DNA of 64,000 nucleotides. Origin: Octopus sinensis. Its lineage: Eukaryota. The position numbers and the translations under genes are program-made. The stretch lies in contig NC_042997.1 in assembly GCF_006345805.1 (NCBI RefSeq), forward strand, positions 54,932,001 through 54,996,000, written 5' to 3'. The notes under the pieces are model-generated. The model was not told the origin of the DNA, did no database searches, and saw only the letters and a program-made list of their open reading frames with translations. The stretch's first letter is position 1, and each line of letters starts with the position of its first letter. Positions 55,390 to 64,000 of the stretch are shown here, one piece after another.

Positions 55390-55940
55390 TTGGTCACCTT
55401 TGAGTACTACTGGTAACATGTAACCCAGTACAACCTGTTGCATGGTCGGGTCGTCGGCGACTAAACCGGCAACCCCATCAAGCTTGCTTGGTGAGGAGGG
55501 TGTTTATTGGACACCCTGTGAGATGAAAAACAGTACCCGTCAAAGGGCGGAAGAACTCTTGAGAGCCAACGGCTATCCAATAAATGTCTTAAGGATGTAT
55601 CATGCGCGGGGACATAGAAATAATCGGACTGAATACCCGATCGCGCGTTTAAACCATTGGGAGTGAAGGACTTCTAGCCTTTGTTAGGGCATCCTTATAG
55701 GAGAAGGTAACTCAGGTAACTGGGATAACTCCGACATAAAAGCTGCGGCTCAGTGGTTACCGATGATGTTGACTTGTTCTTCTTTTCGGATTATGGCTGC
55801 TGTTGCTTAGTGAGTGAGATTGACTCGGTGTACAACCTTTCCTCACTTAAAAAAAAATCTTCTTGCACAGGCATTGCATGATAACAACATTGATTAAGCT
55901 TCATGCAATGGCCATACTCGATAACGAGGGGGCAGCCACT
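55390..55940 (+). mobile_element. GC-richer interspersed element inserted in (TATG)n, possibly derived from an RTE 5' UTR
   Basis: Sharp boundaries within a (TATG)n tract; contains a 'gtcg..ggcgactaa' motif reminiscent of RTE 5' ends. Confidence 0.4.
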
Positions 55941-56065
55941 ATGTATGTATGTATGTATGTATGTATGTATGTATGTATGTATGTATGTATGTATGTATGT
56001 ATGTATATATGTATATATGTATGTATACATGTGTATATATATATGTACATATATATATGTATATG

Positions 56066-56097
<32 letters not shown>

Positions 56098-56280
56098 TGT
56101 ATGTATGTATGTATGTATGTATGTATGTGTATGTGTGTGTGTGTGTGTTTGTGTGTGTGTATTATTAACGTATATTTCCCCAAATACCTATTTAAATACT
56201 TTTAACATAGCTGAGTGTGATGAAACAAGGCAAAGCCTTTGCTGAGCTTTACTAGGCTTTTGATTCTAATTTTCCAGACA

Positions 56281-57506
56281 TTGGGTCATCCCATAAATAA
56301 TACGGTTTTTCAATTGCATGAACTAAAAGTTGGTGGGGGACGGGATAAAGTACCTGCATTAACTTGCTATAAAAGCAGGCAGCAATTTTACCTATAGTGC
56401 AAGATTCGAAGAGTGCAGTTCGATTTTAACAGTTATTTTTCAAAGCTATAATGGAAGTGACAAAGGGGGATATTCAGCATATTTTGCTTTGTGAGTTCAA
56501 TGAAGGCAACAACGTAACAGAAAGTGCGAGAATATTAATGCAGTTTATGGGGATCGGACAATAAATGTAAGCCAGCGTCAACGGTGGTTCCAGAAATTCC
56601 GAGCCGGAAACTACAACCTAGAAGACAATCCTCATCCTGGAATCTGTAGAGCTCGACGGGGATGTCCTGCATGCCCTGGTGGAACAAAATACCATCGTAA
56701 CTGTTGAGGAACTAGCAGAAAAATTTGGATTTGGTCATTCAACTATTCATCGACACTTGCGTACCATCGGAAAAGTCAGCCAATTGGGGCAATGGGTTCC
56801 TCATAAACTTTCAAAGTCTAATCGCGTGCAGAATGTGTGCTCTTCTTTATTGTCGCGTCCCACAAATGAACCTTTTTTGGACCGAATAGTGGCTGGTGAA
56901 GAAAAATGGGTAGGGAAAGGAGAAATACCGGCACCCCAGGCTAAAGAAAGTATTTACCCACTTAGGGTGTTGTTATCTGTTTGGTGGGATATGAAAGGTT
57001 TAGTCTAATTTGATCTTTTAAACCCAAACCAAACGATAACAAAGGAGATCTACTGCGAGCAGCTTGAGCGGCTTAAGTCAGCGCTAGAAGAGAAACGACC
57101 ATCCTTGATTTCAAGTCGAAAGGTAGTTCTTCCATCAGGATAATGCTCGGCCACATACAGTGAGGATGACATTCCAAAATCTGGAGCAGTTTGGATGGGA
57201 AACGATGCCCCACCCATCATATTCGCCGGACATTGCCTCATTTGATTATCATTTATTCCGCAGTCTTTAAAATCATTTGGACGGAAAAAATATGAATTCT
57301 GTAGACGAGGTCAGAACAATACTGGAGGAGTATTTTTCATCACGGACAAGTGAATTTTGGAAGAGGGGCCTTGCAAATCAACCAGATAGGTAGAAGATCA
57401 TTGTAGAAAATGAAGGAGAGTATATTTTAGATTAAAGAACTCTGTTTATCTTAATTTTGAAAAATAAACGTATAAAAAAGACCTCATTATTTATGGGATG
57501 ACCCAA
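56281..57506 (+). mobile_element. Near full-length mariner transposon, transposase pseudogenised (about 56451-57434)
   Basis: 21-bp TIRs ttgggtcatcccataaataat / attatttatgggatgacccaa; motifs 'WVPHKL', 'V.G.EKW', 'LSVWWD', 'HQDNARPH', 'HPSYSPDIA.FDYHLF', 'EGEYI'. Confidence 0.93.
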
Positions 57507-58689
57507 TACTTATATTTCCTCTTCATGAACCAGAATAAATGTATACATATCACAGTTTCGTTTCCATCTCTCCGAATGTTGATATGTAATCGAAGAAATG
57601 CTCCACATCTATGTAGCGCTATTACAGAGTTTCGTTATAGTTTCACTGCTACATTCATATCATTATATTGGTGTAGCTGAGAGTGGAATCGACTGGGTTA
57701 GGCTGAGTTGCCCTATAGACACAAAATAAAGATGGGGAGGGAAACAAGAACTGCTCCTAGGAACCAGTCACCTACAAAACAAAGAAAATAATAACAACAA
57801 AAATAAAAAAAAATGATTTTTAACTGATGAGTGGTTTCTGGGGTCACGTGTTTAACTCTTATTTTAAAAGCATTAAACAGTTGAGATAAATATCCCTCCA
57901 CATAAAATGTCGGACTGTCGCAGGTAACCATTCCCATATGATTTGCTGTCTATTACCGATAGCTAGGTGAACTGATTTATTATTCTAAGAACTGTCGCAC
58001 GGGGAGCGCATATATGTGATGCGTTAAACGAGAGATGCACAATAACCATCGCACACCACCTGCAATCAGAGCTAGTGCTTGGATAACTAAGCTCCGCCGA
58101 TCGAAACGATTGGGAACTTGTGGACCCCATGGCTGAGGATAGGAATGACTTTTCGTTGCTTTCTTTTGGCTCATATAAAAGTCTTTTCTATTATGACTTT
58201 CTGTGCGAACACTCGTTTGGCTGAAAACATTAATTTATCATAGTTCATTCGTTCACATTAAGTTCAGTTCCCTGATCACTCCATATTTATTCTTACAATT
58301 ATCTTAACACTAGTAACATATTTTACATTCTTACTCATAACAAACAAATTTTCTTCACTAAAAATTACTGAAAGAAAAAAAAAAAGAAAAAATTTGAACA
58401 ATTATTCCTAGAATTACTTTATTCCTTGCTAGTCTGGATTGATACTGTGTGGATGTTTCTATTGTAAGATAGAAGGAATTGAATTCATCTCTGGAAGCTA
58501 TAGCTTCAGTTCAACCAAATCTGTGTGATTGAAATTTGACACTTGGATACCTTTAGTAGAGTCCATTCTGTTGGACGAAGCAAACCGTTACAAAGTAGAG
58601 TTGGTTGTCCAGTGTAAACAAATCAACATTGGTTGTCATGCGGAGGGGTGGTAGAATATAAATAAAATCATAAAGACACACACGTATAT

Positions 58690-58820
58690 ACAATAGGCTT
58701 CCATGTAGTTTCCATCTATCAAATTTGCGCACAAAACATTAGTCAGCCCGGGTGTAGTAGAAGATACTTACCCAAATGCGGTACAGTGGGCCTGAACCTG
58801 AAGCCACATGGTTGCAAAGT
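58690..58820 (-). mobile_element. Decayed SINE family C head
   Basis: gtagaagatacttacccaa...cagtgggcctgaacctgaagccacatggttg. Confidence 0.6.
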
Positions 58821-58961
58821 GAGATACATCGACAACAAATGAGCGAGTTATCTTCTTTTGGTATTCTGTCCTGTACTTAAATCCCCTGGTGTTTACGTAT
58901 TTTTCACTCGTTGTTGATGTCCTGTACTATACATACACACACACACACACACCACACACAC

Positions 58962-59046
<85 letters not shown>

Positions 59047-59343
59047 TATGTACATATATATATATATGTACATATATATATATATATATGTATATATAAT
59101 GTATTTTATAAGTATCTATAATTACACACACACACACATATATATATATGTATATATATAATGTATTTTATAAGTATATATATATATATATATATATACA
59201 TATATATATTGATATATATAATATAATATATGTATATATATGTATATGTATATAATGATATGTATATATGCAATACGTATGTATGTATGTATGCATGTAT
59301 GTATCTATCTATCTATATACATGTATACATATACACACGCACG

Positions 59344-59386
<43 letters not shown>

Positions 59387-59799
59387 GTATGTGTATACGC
59401 ATGTTCGTGCGTTGGTAACATATATGTGGACATACAATATACACCTATAAACACACATGCACTCGCGCACACATACATGCAGACAGCCATATTAAGAAAT
59501 ACGGCATTGCACGTAGTCGCGCACACTTTCCTCCTATCCCTGTCGCTCAGAAAATGTTTAGGGTGTGTTGGAGACAAATGGCAATGTTCAATAGAACCGA
59601 TAGAACTGTTTGTAAATTTGAAGTATCGAAGCTTAAAAAAAAAGAAAAAGATCGGAAAAAAAAACAACCAAAAAAAAAAAAGGAAAATTCAGAGGCGGAG
59701 CAACGGACTCGATCTGCAATATGTCGATTGGGTTAACTTTTAACAAACAAGACAGATCAGTGAAGGTTCACGTTATGCGACTCAGAAAAAAAACAAAAA

Positions 59800-59846
59800 A
59801 ACAAACAACAACAACAACAACAACAATAATAATAATAATAATAATA

Positions 59847-59878
<32 letters not shown>

Positions 59879-59883
59879 TGATG

Positions 59884-59920
<37 letters not shown>

Positions 59921-59940
59921 TTAATAATATAATAATAATA

Positions 59941-59981
<41 letters not shown>

Positions 59982-60013
59982 TTAGTAATAATAATAATAT
60001 GATGATGATGATG

Positions 60014-60065
<52 letters not shown>

Positions 60066-60672
60066 TAATAATAAAATCAATTTGTATTCAATGTGATAAA
60101 ATGCAAGTTTGCATACTGATGTGGAAAGCTGAACTTAATTAAGAGCCCTTGAGATTTGAACTTAACATAAAAATCTACTCTTCTTTCTCATTAAAAACAA
60201 CAATAATAGCAACGTAAACTTAAAATTAAAAAAAAACACAACAAAACACCTCGGAACACAAGGAAAACCAACTATAGAAACAACAGCCATCATAAGCAAC
60301 GCCAACCACCAAAACCTAAACAGAGCAGCCCCACCACGACCACCACCACCTCACTAAAAAACGGCTTCTTCACCCATCACCTTCTTCATAATAACTCTTG
60401 TATAAGTGATGAGTGTGACGGTGCATTAAAAGACAGTTGGATAGCTATGGAGAGATAGGTAGATAGATAGATATAGGCTAGATATATGGGCATACATACA
60501 TATACGAACGCGCGTACATATATATATATATACGTAAGTACATACATATATACATTCATACATACATACATACGTATATAAATATATACATATATTTCTG
60601 TGTAGTGTATGTAAATTTGTATGCGTATGCATATATCATATGTATTTATATACATATATATGTGTGTGAGTG

Positions 60673-60739
<67 letters not shown>

Positions 60740-60846
60740 AAACATTACTACATGCATACATAGACGTATACATATATCTATCTATCTGTGTGTGTGTATA
60801 TATATGTGTGTGTGTGTATAAATATATATATGTATATATGTATATA

Positions 60847-60904
<58 letters not shown>

Positions 60905-61283
60905 ACACACACACATATATATATGCAGAGAGAGAGAGAGGGAAAGAGCGAGAGAAGGAGAGGGAGAGGGAGAGGGAGAGAGAGAATGAAAGTATGTGCG
61001 CACAAGTACGTGTGTGCGCGCGTGTGTGTGTGTGTGTGTGTGTGTCTGACACACGGAGAATACTTTATAAAGAGACTGGTCGAATTTTTAATTTCATCTA
61101 AACAAATCCCAACAGTTATTTTTTTCTGGTGTTATTTGGTTTTCTCTCGGGGGAACTGCTTCGAGGTTATATCATGGAAAGGCTATAGGCGATAGCAAAA
61201 TAGAATATTCTTTAGAAAAAAAAAACGAAGGGTGTGGAGGAATAGTAGTAGTAGCAGCAGCAGCAGTAGTAGTAGTAGTAGTG

Positions 61284-61314
<31 letters not shown>

Positions 61315-62370
61315 CAGCGGCGGCGGCGGTGGTGGTGGTAGTGGTGGTAGTAGTTGTAAGCAAAAGCGGTGGAAAAAATAATGACTATAAGGATAATAAT
61401 AATAGTGACAATAATGATAATGATAACAATAATGATGTTGATAGCGACAACGAAAATAACAGAAATAACAATAATACCGATGACAATAATGATACTAGTA
61501 ATAACGACAATAATAATAATAATAATAATAATGATAATGGTAATAATAACAGTAATGATAATGATATGGAAAGGATAGAGTAATAAACATAAAAGAATTA
61601 TAAAAGAAGAACAACAAAATGGGGAAAATAAGCATCAGAAACACTGACAGAGACACTAATAGAAGAAGAAGAAGAAGAAGAAGAAGAAGAAGAAGAAGAA
61701 GAATATCAACAACCAAATAAGAGTTGAAATGTGAACAGCAGCAACGGTTGAAGCAGCAGCAGCAGCAACAACAGCAGCAGCAGCAACAACAGCAGCAGTG
61801 TAATGTCTGCAATGGTATGGTAACTGCTGTTAACTTTACAACAGCAGCATCAACAGAAGCTGCAACAGCAGCTAAGAACAACATCAGCAATATCTGTAGG
61901 CATAATATCAAGATAAGCTACAACAAGTAAAGATATACATATACAAACATACACATATATACATACATTAACACATAGACATGTATGCATGTTTGTGCAG
62001 TTGCAGTAGTAGCTGCATTAACAGAAACAGTAAACACATATAATAAATGAAACAACGCCCCCCCCCCCTAACAAAAACACGGACAGTACTATGAACACCA
62101 TTACTCCCACCATCACCATCACCATCACTGTCACTTTTCATCCTTGTTGTCGTTGTCGTTTCCTCACCATCGTCGTGGTCGCCCGTTATCACTGTCGTCA
62201 TCGTCGTCGTCGTCATCGTTGTCGATGTCGTCGTTGTCGTCCGTCATCCCCGTCGACATCGTCATCGTCATAGTCATCATCCCCCTTCTCCACCACCTCC
62301 TCCTCCTATTCTTCCTCTTCCTCCTCCGCTTCCTCCTCTTCCTTCACCTATCATCATCATCATCAGCAGC
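59800..62370. repeat. Cluster of simple repeats: (AAT)n, (TA)n, (GTA)n, (GAA)n, (CAG)n, (TCG)n, (CCT)n
   Basis: Directly visible. Confidence 0.9.
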
Positions 62371-62804
62371 AGCAGCAATATTGGACAACCCCAAATAACT
62401 CTGGCAACTCCATCTCGGTTCTATTTGAAATAACAACCAAATTCCAACAAACAACACCTTATTTTTGTTGGAATTTTGTTTGTTTTTAAAGGAAAGGATT
62501 GTTGCATATTGTAATCCTAGACATAAAATTGCCAAAGAAAAGTCATGATCAGAGCTGACCTCAGATTAAATATAATCATCATCATCATCGTCAGTAAAAA
62601 TAGCTACATCAACATGAATAACTCTAAGACAACTAATTCTAGCATGTTGTATATTGTTAGCCCAACAGTATATATACTTTCTTTGTAATTTTCGTTCCTC
62701 CTCTTTTCCTTTCTTCAATCTTGACAAAGAATAGCTGTTCCAAATGCCATTTCTTTTTCCTTTTCTTTCTTTTTCTTCTACTGAATAATTTATATAACTT
62801 TGTG

Positions 62805-63190
62805 TGGAGGCGCAATGGCCCAGTGGTTAGGGCAGCGGACTCGCGGTCATAGGATCGCGGTTTCGATTCCCAGACCGGGCGTTGTGAGTGTTTATTGAGC
62901 GAAAACACCTAAAGCCCCACGAGGCTCCGACAGGGGATGGTGGTGATCCCTGCTGTACTCTTTCACCACAACTTTCTCTCACTCTTACTCCCTGTTTCTG
63001 TTGTACCTGTATTTCAAAGGGCCGGCCTTGTCACTCTCTGTGTCACGCTGAATATCCCCGAGAACTACGTTAAGGGTACACGTGTCTGTGGAGTGCTCAG
63101 CCACTTACACGTTAATTTCACGAGCAGGCTGTCCCGTTGATTCGGATCAACCGGAACCCTCGTCGTCGTAACCGACGGAGTGCTTCCATC
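62805..63190 (+). mobile_element. tRNA-derived SINE (family B variant)
   Basis: tggaggcgcaatggcccagtggttagggcagcggactcgcgg...ggtttcgattcccagaccgggcg; body matches the reverse complement of 5640-5829. Confidence 0.88.
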
Positions 63191-63304
63191 CATAACTTTG
63201 TATTCTCGTTCGTTATGTTTAGCTTTGTTTGTTTTTGCTCGTATTTTTACCGGATATTAATTATCGCGTTCGCACAGACTAAAATTGGATTATAGCCGAG
63301 TTTA

Positions 63305-63900
63305 TTGGCTAGCTGGCAGAATCGTTAAAGCATCGGAAAAAATGCTTCCCTGAATTTCTACCGGCTCTTTAAGTCCTGAGTTCAAATCACACCGAGGTCA
63401 ACTTTGCTTTTTATCCTTTTGGGATCACTAAAATAAAATACTAGTCAAGTACGGATGGGTTGGATGGCATCGGCTATCTCCATCTCCTCAAACCTGCTGG
63501 CATTGTGCCGTAATCTGAAAACCATTATTTTATAGTATTTTCAACAATATGAAGCTATACTGTGCTATAAATTATACCTTAATATTTACTGTGTGTATAG
63601 ACAAATGTAAATACCATGTTTTTATATACAATATCTTAGTGGACAAAAAAAAAAGGAGTAAAGATTAGTTTCAAACAATATGTTTTACTATTGCCATATA
63701 CCTAAGGCAGCAGCAAGGTAGAATCGTTAGCACGTCGAACAAAATACTTAGCGATATTTCGCCCGTCTTTACGTTATGAGTTCAAATTCCGCCGAGATTG
63801 ACTTTGTCTTCGGGGTCAATAAAGTAAAGTACCAGTCAAGTAATGGACTTCCCCCTCCCCTAAAAAAACGTTTCCACCTGTGCAAAAATTTGAAACCATT
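63305..63900 (+). mobile_element. Two decayed SINE family A copies (63305-63530, 63705-63900)
   Basis: gctggcagaatcgtta...gagttcaaat..ccgag.tc.actttg occurs in both. Confidence 0.75.
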
Positions 63901-64000
63901 ATTGCAGTGGTGCTTATCCGGGGTCTATATGGTCCTTGGAGGTTCATATAGGATTTTGTGGGGATTCACGCTAGCAAAATAGCAAATTGGAAATCCACAG

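Noticed and set aside
61281-62400. PolyQ/polyN/polyS ORFs as a transcription-factor exon
   Set aside because: Only trinucleotide repeats with frequent stops and no recognisable domain or splice structure.

Overview
AT-rich, microsatellite-saturated eukaryotic non-coding DNA with no credible host protein-coding gene; nearly all ORF-track entries are translations of simple repeats. The repeat content strongly suggests an octopus/coleoid cephalopod genome (inference from repeat style, not from a search). Present are several abundant tRNA-headed SINE families, decayed RTE, CR1, Tx1/L1 and R4-like LINEs, mariner/Tc1/Tigger DNA transposons, non-autonomous Helitrons and Penelope-like elements (PLEs). 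The most notable signal is a set of at least four sequence-unrelated repeat families that each carry a type I hammerhead ribozyme motif and sit in (TA)n tracts. (1) A near-identical 353-bp non-coding tandem array at 36631-38044 with one hammerhead per unit, resembling a retrozyme, with an internal inversion. (2) A 418-bp-period repeat at 12289-12960. (3) A single-copy motif at 18287-18349. (4) The pseudo-LTR of a Neptune-like PLE at 28531-32945, with solo copies at about 18.7 and 21.6 kb. Together these suggest self-cleaving, possibly circular-RNA-forming non-autonomous retroelements plus a candidate PLE helper. Coordinates were read by eye and are approximate to a few bases, or tens of bases for decayed elements.
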